DNA of 64,000 nucleotides, taken from Lama guanicoe (Eukaryota). Numbering within the stretch: position 1 is the first letter of the stretch; each line of letters starts with the position of its first letter. The stretch is taken from positions 620,001-684,000 of the forward strand of contig MU054187.1 of assembly GCA_013239625.1 (NCBI GenBank), read 5' to 3'. The position numbers and the translations under genes are program-made. The notes below the pieces were generated by a model. The model did not search any database and was not told the DNA's origin. It saw only the letters and a program-made list of their open reading frames with translations. Shown piece after piece: positions 1 through 11,481 of the stretch.

Positions 1-3000
1 GGCCTTGCCCTCAGAGCCGCCCTGTGTTTGGAGGGGGTTCTGAGACGGGACGGAGCTGGGCTCGGAGCTCGGGTCCTGGGTGTGGATCAGGCCCCTGGAA
101 CCAAGGGCCTGACCTCGGGCAGCTCCTTAACTGCTTGGCGCCCAGCAGCTCAGCCGCCAGAATGAGGAATCAGCGAGGAGATCTGCTAGGTGGCCTGGCC
201 CCGAGTGAGGGTGCGGGGAAAGGGCAGCGATCTTCTCACTCTGCCGGTCCCAGAGCTGACCTGATTTCTTCCAGAGCTCAGTTTTGAATTCCGATGACAT
301 AGAAGTGTGTTTGGCACCTTTGTCACTTCTCGTGCTGTTGTTCGTTTCTGTTACTTGTGCAGTTTCTGACCTGGGAACCTCTGTTCACGCCCTGTCTGGC
401 TGGACCAGGACTGTGTGCTGCTCCTCTGATTTGAGGGTCTAATTTTATTTTTCTTGGAATCCTTTGCCCAAGCAAGTGGCTTGACTGTTCATCCCAGGAA
501 CTTCCTGGTGGACCCGTCAGCTCCTCCTTGGAAACATCCACAGTTACGCCCAAGAGTGAGAACCCCTCACGGAGGGGCTTGGTCCTGCCGGCTGTGGGGT
601 CACGGCCCTCGTGGGGCCCCCACTGGGCTCGGGTCCAAGGCAGGCCGGGCCCCTCCTCCTCCGAGGCAGGACGGCTCCGGGAGGCTCTGCACCCCCAGCG
701 CCCGCTCCCTCTTGTCAGCGGGCCGGGCTGGTGGCGTTTGGAGCCGGACACACGTGCTGGGGGGTCAGAGGATGTGTAAAACGTAGGGTCTGAACACTCT
801 GCTCCTTGCGTTTCACGTCCTACGTTACGGCTGCGATTCTGTGCTCAAGCTACGTACTCACCAGCACCTTGGCTTCCTGACCTCCGTCTAAGACAAGGGC
901 AGTGGGTTTTCTTTTCGAAGTTCGTTTCCCTATTTGATTTTCTGAAGAATAATTTCTGGGTGTTGACTGGCCACTCAGGGGCGAATCCCAGGAGAGCAGA
1001 CGGGTGTGGCTTGGGCTTCAGGCCTGGGCAAGCAGTCTCTCCCCTCTCCCCACGTCCTCGTTCATGCTCACAGAGTCCCGGGCCCCAGGGGCATCATCTT
1101 CACCTTCCTCGGGACCGCACGCTGGGCCAGGGGCTCACAGGACAAGAGCTCAACTGTACCGCTGGCCATGCAGACCAGCCCTCCTTCCACCTTCTCCGTC
1201 CTCCCGTGGGTGTCGTGAGGCCTGGGCCCTGGAGGGGGGCCTGGCCACCCCTGTGGACAGCGGGGAAGCTCCAAGGGCAAGGCCATGGGACCCCAGCCTG
1301 AGTCTCTGGCTCTGACTCTGAGCTGAGATGGAGCCCCCATCCCTGGGTCTCTGGGGTCTTCTCCCCCAGGTCTCCAGCACCTTCCCTCCTGGGCGTCTCG
1401 TCTTCCTGGTGATCCCAGAAGCCCTACCGTGTGCCCGCAGCGCCATCTTCCTCTGCTGTGAGCCCAGAGCCCCTGCATGTGAGGAGGGCTGTCCTCTCCC
1501 CTGCTCCTGACAGGCTCTGGGCGGGCTTCTCCCAAAGCTCCTGTGCTATGGCCCATTTGTGGCTCAGGTGGGCCGCGCAGGGGCTCCCCCGCTTCCCCGT
1601 CTCCCTCTGGCCTGCTGGCAGGACGTCAGGCGGGTCTCAGCCGTCCCTTTGTCAGGAGGAACCTGCTGTCCCCACAGAGGCTGCCCAGCGGAGAGCCTGG
1701 TCTCACTCCTCACGGTTCCTTCCTGGGGACAGAAGGAGGGAAGACTCCCGCCCGCTCCTCGCGGCTGCCCTGAGCTCCTGGGAGGCGCGAGTCAGGCTGG
1801 GCGGGGCGGAGCTGGGGATGACCTGCTTCCTCGAAAGGCGTTCAGATCTCCCTCAGGGTTGTCTTTCTTGAGACTGTGAAGGCACTCACTCTGCCCTTCC
1901 TGCCTCCTCTGTCTGTCCGTCTGTCTGCCTCCCTGTCCCTTCCTTTCCCCGTGTTTTCCTGAGCGACGGCCTCGGGTGGCTAGCAGGGACTGGCTCCAGG
2001 ACGTTTGAGGTTCAGGAAGGCAGGCCCCTCTCAACTGTCGTGAATTTGTTTGGGTTACGTAACTTTTAACTGGGCCTCGGCCAAGATCACTTCTGTTGGG
2101 AAGAAGTTATTACCGCTAAGTGCTACTTCCCTAATCCTGGTGGGTCTTTAAGAATCTTTATCAGAAGCAAGTGGGACACCAGTAACTTGCGGCTGTTTCC
2201 AAATAAAACAACTTTGTCCAAATTATAATAAGAATTTATTTCAGGGCTGTGACAAATCTTAATTGTGTTATTTACAATTCACATATTTGTCCCTCCAAGG
2301 GGATGTTGGCCTGGAAGGAAGTGTCACTAAGTCACAAGTGGAAAACCTCCCCGAGTCCCAGGACAGTTTCCTGTCCTCTTGGGAGCAGAACCGAGGCGGG
2401 AGTTCCGAGCGGGGGTGACACTGGGAGGCCTGTCTGGGCTTGGGAGGCAGCGCGTGAGGCCTGTGTCAGAGAACCAGCTGTGACTTGACGCTATGAACAG
2501 CTCGTCTCCCCAGTGAGAACGAAGCTGTCTCTGCAAACTCCTGTGTCGTAGACGCCCTGCGGCGCTGAAGGAGGATGGAAACCCTCCAGGGACGGCCTTA
2601 CGTGACGCCGCCTCAGCGTTCTCCCCTGCGATGGCGTCAGCTTTGTGTTTTGAGGTTCACGGTTTCTCTCCGGGTCCCGCCGGCCAGTTCGGGGTTCGCT
2701 GCGCACCTGCTGCAGGACTGTTGTCTCAGACTCTGCAGAACAGGGATCTTCACTTCAGACTCCAGGAGGTTTGGTTTTGTTGCTGTAAAGTGACTTCTCA
2801 GTAGAACAAAATAGCATTCAATCGATTTTTTAAAACCCACGACTCGCATTCCTACCATCTTGAGTTACGTGGCAGGCACTCCCTGCGTCAGAGGTGACAG
2901 GTACCCCCGGCAGTGGTGACTGGGCACGGGGTCCGCCTGGACACGAGGCTTGTCTGCTCCGCCTGCACCCCAGCCCCGCTGCTGGGAGGTTGGACCTGGT

Positions 3001-6000
3001 GTCTGGCCAGTTGCTTGGCTAGAAGTCTTTAACAGCAGAGCCCTTGCACTGACCTCTCATCGCGTGGCCACCCCAGCACACTTAGTCCAGTTCTGAGAGC
3101 ATCAGACACTGGGCGTCCAGTGGGAGCGAAGCCTGGCTCATCGCAGGCGCCGGGAGTCAGAGCCGTTTCCTCGCTGCTTTTCACAGACAGCAGTGGCCCC
3201 AAGGCAGGGTCTGGAGCAGCAGGGAAAGGTGGGCTCTGGGGGGAGGGAGATGGGGTTCCCCGTTCACGTGCTCATTCGGGTGCTCCGTGCTTACCTGCCG
3301 TCACTGTCGGAGGGGGTCTGACCATGGCCAGCCCTCTGGGCTCAGGCTGATGTGCAGCGAGGCCCAGGAATCTTCTCCAGGCTGCAGTCCGTCCTCACGG
3401 CCCCAGTCAAGGCGTGGCGCGGATTTGGCTGTGTGGCCGGCCGGGGAAGCGCACCTGCAGGTGAAAACGAAAAGGGACTTCTGCCCCCAGCACACACCTG
3501 GAATTCCAGCTGCAGCAGGAGGGGCCGCCCGCCTGGGCCCAGCTGGACGGGGGGTCTGCCAGGGCTCTGCCGAGAGGTCAGGCGGTCTGTGCTGCCGGGG
3601 TCTCTGCCCAGCGTGGAGCCCCTGCAGGCCAGACCTCCTTCCCTGGGGCTCCCGACAGGATTCCATGTCGCCTGGCCCTCTGCTGCCATTCCCTGGGCAT
3701 CAAGGGAAGAAAGCTCCTGCGATCACCAGCCTGGCTCCACCGTAGCCGCTGGTCCCGCCGGCTGCAGCCGCCAGCTTTCTGGGCAGGGCCCGGCGGGTGG
3801 AGCAGCCAGGCAGCCAGCGGTGGGTGCGGCCTAAGACAACTGTCTGAGGCTCTGCATCGTCGCCTCGGGCTTTGGGCAAGAAGAAGGGAGGGAACGGCTT
3901 GGAGGGGCTAATGTTTGGGACAGACGTCGGGAGGGTGTGCGGATCACCAACACTTGGAGGCCTCTGACGCTTGTCTCAGCTCGGGGCTGACAAAGGCCCC
4001 GTTGTGCAGGGACCTGGGCTCCGTCACCGAGGGCAGCTGACTTGGCTTCAGGACTTGGAAATGGCATTTCTCACCTCCTCCACACTGGTCTTTTCAGTTG
4101 CTGGCCAAGTTGAAGGGGAAAAAAATCCCTTAATTCTGGCTAGAAAGGTTTCAGACGTCACATAACAGGGAGCTGGGCTGGTGGACTGTCGGAGCAGCAT
4201 GGCTCCCTCCATCCCGAGTGGAGTCCCTTCTCAGGAAGCACTTGAGCCAGCTCTGCAGGGCGGCCCTGCCAGTAAACACGGCGGCGGAAAGCCCCTCCAC
4301 ACACAGCCTCCGCGGCCCGCTGTACTGCCTCGTGATTCTGCCTGAGAACCAGCAGTATGTGAAAGTCACACGCTCGTTGTGTTTGCTGCAATAGTCCGCT
4401 CCGCGTTTGAGAAGACGCAGTAGATTCCAACTTGACAAAGAAAATTCTCTGAAGAATGTGTTTCTCTTCCTAGATTTTAGGGTCTGCACTTTGGCCCCCA
4501 AGGGAAATTCACAGGCACATTGGCACCGGGAAGTCCATGTGCTGTTACGCTTCCAGCTGCCCACTGTTTCCGTTTGTCAATGAAGCTAGAAAACGTGGTG
4601 GCCACTGACCATGCTCGGCCTTTCTCATGTTACCAGTGGCTCTTTTTCTTTTTCTTTTTGCTGCATATTTATAATTGCGTAGACGGGGATTGCCAAAACT
4701 AATTCCACTCTCCACGGACCATCTAGACAGGAGCGTTGCGTTTTTAAGCTGTAAAGTAGCTTTCAGTTTAGCCTGAACTTGCGATCTGTAGAATTTATAG
4801 GAGGAGCCACGTGCCTTGTTCTGGTGGGTTCGGTGGGCGCCCCGGGGTGGGGCTCAGTGCCCTGTGTCTGGGAGCATGCGTTCACTCCCCGTCCTGGAGG
4901 ACAAGTGGGCAGAGGTCTCCCACAGAACAGGGGTGGTCACCGTGGGGGAGTCTGCGTGGCCGCCTCCAGCCGCAGGGCGAGTCACCAGGTACTGGGACGA
5001 AGTGCGCGGTGTCGGGGCACTCTCTTCAGAGGCTGGCCCCTCGTTTTGGGGTAGAACTTGTTCCCTGGTGCACGGCTGCTTACCCGCCAGGAGTCATTAT
5101 CTGTGACCAACCCAGTTCTTCCTGACACCCCTGAGTGCCGCGGGCTGTGACGTCCATGCTCAGGACACTCGTCTCCCTGGGACACACCCAGTGTTGCTCC
5201 TGGGTGCCGCTCCGAGGCACACCCTCAGGAGGGAGCTGCCTTCAGCAGGGACGGGTGGGGCTGGGTTGTGTGTCTGCGGGCTCCCCTCCCCTTCCACCCG
5301 CCCCCCCCGCACCCCCCCACTTTCCCAGTCAGGGGTTTATTCCCTCAAACCAGTATTCCTGCTCTTTACGTTAAAGCATGATTTGTTTTCTTAAGAATTC
5401 CTTCTATAGTACTTGGAGCCTTTTGGATGAAGGCATCAGTGAGTGACTGCTGTGTAGAAATGCTGGTGAAGATAATTAGACACACAAATTTGTATCTTTC
5501 CTTGCAAAGGCCAGGTCACGCAGGCCCCGCTCTGCAGCTCCCTGCCTCTTGCTGTGACACACCGTCTTGCACAGCAGCTCCGCAGGGGCTGCGGGGGAGT
5601 CGGGTCTGGGCTGGGGTCTGGGCTGGGCGGACGGGCGCCCCGCACCCCATCTCTGTCAGTTCAGATAAACGGCACAGCCCTGGCCCCAGACCCCGATCTT
5701 CAAAGCGCAGTGTTGGGTTACGATTTATAAGTAGAAAGTCAGATTCAGAGACTCGGAGGAGATAATCTAGTCTTAACTCAGAGACACTTAAAGACCTGCT
5801 TCTGATGCTTCTGTGTCTGATTTCCGGGGCCGCTGCCGTAGGTCTGGGATCTAACCTGTGAGCGTTCCCGCCACAGGGCCGGCTGCCTTCTGGCTGGGCC
5901 CGCAGGCTTGGCCTCTGGTTCCCGCGGCACCTCTGCGCCTCGGGGGCTCCGGGTCAGCCCTGGGGGTGCCTCCACAGCGCTGGGGACCCTGTGACTCGGG

Positions 6001-7025
6001 ACCCACCCCCATGGGATGTGCTGACGGCCTGGGGTGTGGGCCCACGTCCACCCAGGCGTCTCGGTGCTGCTGCTCACCCAAGCCCTTCCTTCCACCTGGT
6101 GGAAGAGCTGGCCTGGCCGCCTCTCCCCTGCGAGCAGAGGGCTGCTCGTGGTCAAGGGTCTCCGGGGCCAGCCCTTGGTGCACGTGGGCTGGTCCAGACG
6201 TCTAGTCCAGCTGTAGCCCGTTTCCTCCTGTTTGGGCCCTTGACCATCTTGATGGGACTTGAGTGTGTGGTCACTCAGAGGACCCGTGGGCCTTTCCACA
6301 GAACACTTGCTCAAGAGGGCCCCCACCTCTTTAAGCCAGGGCTAGGCGTGGGGGTGCAGAGGACAGTCCTGGGGGGCAGGCCAGGGGTGGGACGGGCCTG
6401 GGGCTTAGCAGAGGGCCTGAGGGGGGGACTGGAGGGGGGTCCAGGTGTGTGGGGGCGGGCGGGCTTAGCTGGATGCCCCCCGAGCCCCCACCCTGGGTGT
6501 GTTCCTCCCCCTCCCCTGTGGGCTCTGCCCTCCACGGGGACCCGTGTCTCCCTGTCTGTTCCACCGCAGCCCCGCTCCCCCATCTCTGCCCCTGCCCTCG
6601 TCCAGGAGTCAGGGACACTCGAGTTTCCTTCCACCCCCGCGTCCTGGGAGCACTCCGGAGATGCTGGGCCAGGCGTGGCAGACGGAGCGGAGGGCTGTGG
6701 CTGCGAGGGGAAGAAAGCGCTGAGGGAGTAAGTAAGTGTCAAGGAATTCATTGTCTGCCCTCCACCTGTTGTTACTCTGGTCCCAATCAACCTGCTCGCC
6801 AGGCTGGAGCCAGCGGCCATCTGGAAACACTGCTCTGTTTATAAACTTGGCACGAAGCAGCACTCCCGGCCTGACCTCCCACACGAATCTGGAAACAATT
6901 AGAGCAAGATGATAGGCAGGCAGCCGCTCCAGGGAGGGAGGAGGGGCAGCGGGGGCGGGGCCGGCGCCCAGGGAGGCCTGGGTCCGGGTGGGAGCGGGGC
7001 AGGGGCCCGGAGGGGTCCTGGGGTG

Positions 7026-7095
7026 NNNNNNNNNNNNNNNNNNNNNNNNNNNNNNNNNNNNNNNNNNNNNNNNNNNNNNNNNNNNNNNNNNNNNN
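7026..7095. other. Assembly gap (N run) within a G-rich tract
   Basis: About 70 Ns flanked by multiple GGG/GGGG runs. Confidence 0.98.
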
Positions 7096-10000
7096 GGGAG
7101 GGGTGTTGTGGGGGACTGTGGGGGGAGCTCCCCATGGAGGAGCAGGGGACAGAGAGAAGGGAGCGTTCAGGGGCCTGGATCTGAGAGGGGTCCCGCTGGG
7201 AGTGGGGGGGGGCTTGGGATCAGCTGGGTGGGAATCGGTGCGGCTCCCCCCACCCCGGGGGCTGTGGCCTCAGCTGCCTGCCCCTGCTGTGAGCCCAGAA
7301 CCAGCATGTCGTGGACCCCGAGAATTCAGACCTTTCTGGTCCCCGAAAGAAAAACACTGCACAGTCTCAAGTCATTTTTTCAGTTTCGGAAACACATTCT
7401 TGAAAAGCACTTTTTAACCACAGGAAGTTTAAGCAACATGCCATTTTGCTGCAGAAAAACGAAGAGATACTTGAAGTGCGGGGGAGGGGACAGCTCTGTA
7501 AAGGGGCCCGCGTGGGGTCTGCGCGCAGGACGCCGCCCGGCGTCTGGGAGCCGGCGTGGGGGCCCGGCAGATGAAAGGGTCTCCTCCTCTGCGCTCAAGA
7601 AACACTGTTTCCCTCTCTTCCTCCGCGGTTTTGAAACGCGATTCCCAAGCTGGGTGGATGGTCTTTTCACGCTCAGCTGGGGCTCTAACTCCTGAAATAT
7701 TAATCTGGGGGGGTTGCTGGCAGACCGATAATTGGCACCATTAACGAGCTCCCGGTTCGCCAAATGGCCCTCGAGGAGTGGAGGCCTTGGCTTCAGGGCT
7801 CAGGCTGGCACCAGGAAAGGTGGCCCCTCCCCTGGCCGGGGTCTTGCTTCTGTAGCACAGAACCCCCTGGTCTGGCCTGGAACGCGGGCGAGGGCATTTG
7901 CTCAGACCCCGGGAAGTCAGCCCATCTGAGTGTCGTCAGCCGGCCCACATCCCGTGCCCGCGGCCAGCGCAGCCTGGTCCTCACGTCCGCGCACCGGGCG
8001 CTTTCTTTTCTGCCTAAGGGTGTCCTTTCATACTCCCTGCTTCCGGTGCACCGGCTCCTAAAACCCAGCCCAAGACTGCTGAGGGCCACAGGTCACGCGA
8101 GGGGCCGTGAGGTGAAAAGACACCCCCTGGGGCCCACGAGGCCCTGAGCAGAGCCGCCCAGGGAGCCGGTCGAGGATGGAGGCTTCGCGGCGCGGCAGCC
8201 CGGGGCTGCTCCTCAGAGCGGGCTCCGGACGTCCCTGGAGACAGCCAGCCTGGCCCAGATTGTAGGCTCCAAGCCTTGTTGCCAGTGGTTCGTTTGAGCT
8301 GTAATATAAAATACTGTGTTTATTTAACCCCTGTAAGCTGATCCCCTTCGTCTTTGTGAACTGGCTGCGTAGTTAAGGACCCACATTCCTTCCACAGTTA
8401 ATAAAACTTCATATTTTTCTCTGTATTCATAAATTTAATTACACTCAGACCCACTTAATCTACATTAGTTTCTGAAATTTTGCCTGGATTAGAAAGAAGC
8501 ACAGCGCTCGCCCCACTGCAACAGGCAGCGCAGTCACGGTCTTTTGATTAAAAGACGGAAGGAACTGGAAACTCAGAAAATTATCTTGCGTCGTGACGAC
8601 TTTCTAACCGGGAGGTGGCAGAGCCACGGAGTGCCTGGGCCACGGTTCACCCCGAGATGGCACGTTCACACTTCAAGGGGCTGTAGTTGTTCAACTTTAT
8701 TAAAACAAAACAACACCCCCAAACAAGGCGGATCTAAAGACCTCTGTGCGGGATCTTCGTCAGCTCTTCACGACGGTCGCGTGAGCTCGGGGTTGGCCTG
8801 TGTGTGTTCTCAGCGGCAGACGGAGCTGCCTCCGTGGGCCTCCCCGTGGGGCTGGGGGTGGAGCACAGGGACTCCTGTTGCCGAGGCACCTTCCAGGGCA
8901 GGTTTTGAGAATGGACGTCTCTGTAAATCGTTTTGCTCTTTCTGAGAGAAATAAATGCAGCTTCTCAGCACCCAGGCGCCCACACTGGGGATTCGAGCCT
9001 GGTCACCCACCAAGCCTGAAGCCCTCCCCCTGCCCCGAGTCACCCCCAAGCACCACCTGCTCGAGAGGTGCTGTAAACCCACCTTCCCGTGGAAGGGGGA
9101 GCACCAAGACCCCCATTAGAATGCCTGCTTTCATTTCAAAGTGGGCCCTCTCCTCCCTGTCTGCGGACACAGGTGCTCACAGCCCCTCCCTGCACGGGCG
9201 CACCTGCGCCTGCCTCCTGCACTTCTGTCTTTCTGCCACCGCTTGGCTTTGCCCTGGTCTGATTTCTGAGACTACGATGGCGACCTCTGTTCCCACCAAA
9301 AGGGTGAAAAAGGAGAACCGAACAAAATGAAACCTGGATGTATCAAGAAACGTATTATTTTCTAATTGATAGTTTCTTGAAATGTTACGATATATTCTTA
9401 CAAGAACGATTTCCTTAAATGTTTGGTCCCAGGAAGACTTGAAGAAAGAACATTTCTGCAGCTGGAACCGGCTGGTTGTCAGCCGTTTGCGGAACGGAGG
9501 AGGGAGGACGTCGGTCACCCTCCAGAGTCTGAAGACTGGATCTGCAGGGGCACGTGTCCTCTCCGCCCAGGAGTGCTCAGCTGCGGAGCAGGGACTGAAG
9601 TTCTGAAATCCGAGCCTCCACCTAAAATCTGGGCCACACTCTTGCCCCGCGTGTTCTTCTGGAAGCCATTGGAGGGGAGAGGTCAACGCCGCTTCCTGTG
9701 TGTCCCTGTTTGGCCTTGAGATCATTTAATGGGGGTGGCTTTTGAGAGAAGTGCTCCTTAAGTTGGGCACTCGCCCCTCGGCTGAGATGACACGGTGAGC
9801 GGTCTGTGCCCTGGTGGGCCGGGCGTTGCCTGGTCACGGGCCGGGCTGCTGGCCAGCCTGCGGAGACCTGCCCGGATGAGGAAGAAAACATCCCACGTCC
9901 GTGTGAAGATGGCCGGGGGTGGGGGGCTGACACCACACGTCAGGGACCCTCCCCCTAGACCGCCACAGCCTCCGTGTCTGCATGAAGGCCCTCCTGTCCC

Positions 10001-11414
10001 CTGGGGTTTCACACCTGCTGTCCCCTACTCTTCCCACTTGTCGCGGACACCGCAGGCCTGATCTCTCGCCTATTTCTAGAGCCCTGGGCCCTGAGGTTGG
10101 GTGGAGAGCCACCCCGGGCTTGGAGACCTGTTTGCCCCCAGCAGGGGACCTGCTGCTGTGACAGCGCCCGGCCACGCACCACACAGCGCTCGCTTCGGCT
10201 GCAGTGGCTGCGTGCTTGCCTTGCGCCCTGCGGTCACGCTAAGTCCCCTTGGTGAGTGCGGCGGGGCCCGGGGAATGGGGCCGCGGGACATCCCGAAGTC
10301 AGACTGGGCCTTAACGAGGAGGCGAACTGCAAAGCGACGCTGCCCAGTCCTCCTCGGGCGCCATCTGCCCGTGGCCCCGCTGACGCGTCCTGGGCTGTCC
10401 ACGGTCGTGGGTGTGGGGCAGCCGTCTTCCAGCGGTGCTTCCTTCCGTTATCGTTAGTGATGAAAATCGGATTTATTTCACATATTACAGCGCAGGGTCC
10501 GATGCTGTTTTTACGTGAGCGTAACTGCTCTGTAAAACCTCAAGCATTTTTCTCCACTAGAATTGGCAGGCGAGAGGTTACGTAAACTTGTGGCCAATGG
10601 AGAGGTTCGCAGAACGTTGCTGTTGCAGCAGAGGGGACAGAGGGCGGGAGCGCGGGCGCCCGGATTCCTCCTGCCGATGGTGCAGACCCGCTGCTGTCTG
10701 TTCCTTGTTGCAGCCGCTCTGTCCACAGGGTAACTCGGCACCGGGAGGTCGGGCCTGCTGCCCGCGGTCACCCAGCAACTTGAGCCTGACACCGTGCCTG
10801 CGAGCAGGTGGGGGGTCCTTGCTGGGGCCCCTGGGCCCCTGTGCTCCCGGGCCACTGCTCACTGACGGTGAGGAGCTGGTGGGGTCGACGCCACACTGAG
10901 GGTGCACATGGGGGCCCAAGGGACGCCGTGGGCACGTGCTCCGGGGACGGGCCGTCCTGGCCCTCGCTCTCCTGTGTGCGCCTGTCCTGCACATGCTGTG
11001 CCTGCTCTGATCTCTGACCCCGCGGGGAGCGTCTGGGGATAAGGAGAGGACGGTGGGCGCTGCCGTCCGGCCGCGGCTGGTGATATGAGAGCAGAGACTG
11101 ACCGAGGGCTTCACGTGTTTCCAGCGCTCCACGTCCGTCAGCCCCTGTGGGCACAACCGGGCAGGGGCACGCGGTGCTGAGGCCTCCAGGGCTGCCCCCA
11201 CTGAACACCTGCCCCCCGGCTCCTCCCGAGGCACCTGTCACAGGCGGGCTATGCCCACTGAATGGGTCCTGTCCACAGAACTGGCCCTCCCCAGTCTCCT
11301 CGGCTACTGGAACGTCCTCTGGGGCTGCTTCTCAGACCCTGGAGGGAGGCATGTCCGCTGGAATCCGAAGGGAGGAGGGCGAGTGATCACACCCGGAGTG
11401 AAGGATGAGTCCTT

Positions 11415-11481
11415 GTGGCCACAGCACCCGTGCTGGGGGTCAGCATCCTCGTGGCCCCAGCACCTGTGCTGGGGGTCAGCA
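11415..11481. repeat. 36-bp tandem duplication (about 1.9 copies) with internal palindrome
   Basis: gtggccacagcacccgtgctgggggtcagcatcctc followed by gtggccccagcacctgtgctgggggtcagca. Confidence 0.9.

Noticed and set aside
9343-9380. Inverted repeat TCAAGAAAC...GTTTCTTGA
   Set aside because: Only 9 perfect base pairs in AT-rich sequence; compatible with chance.
11415-11481. CRISPR-like palindromic 36-bp repeat
   Set aside because: Only two adjacent copies, no spacers, no cas genes, eukaryotic context.
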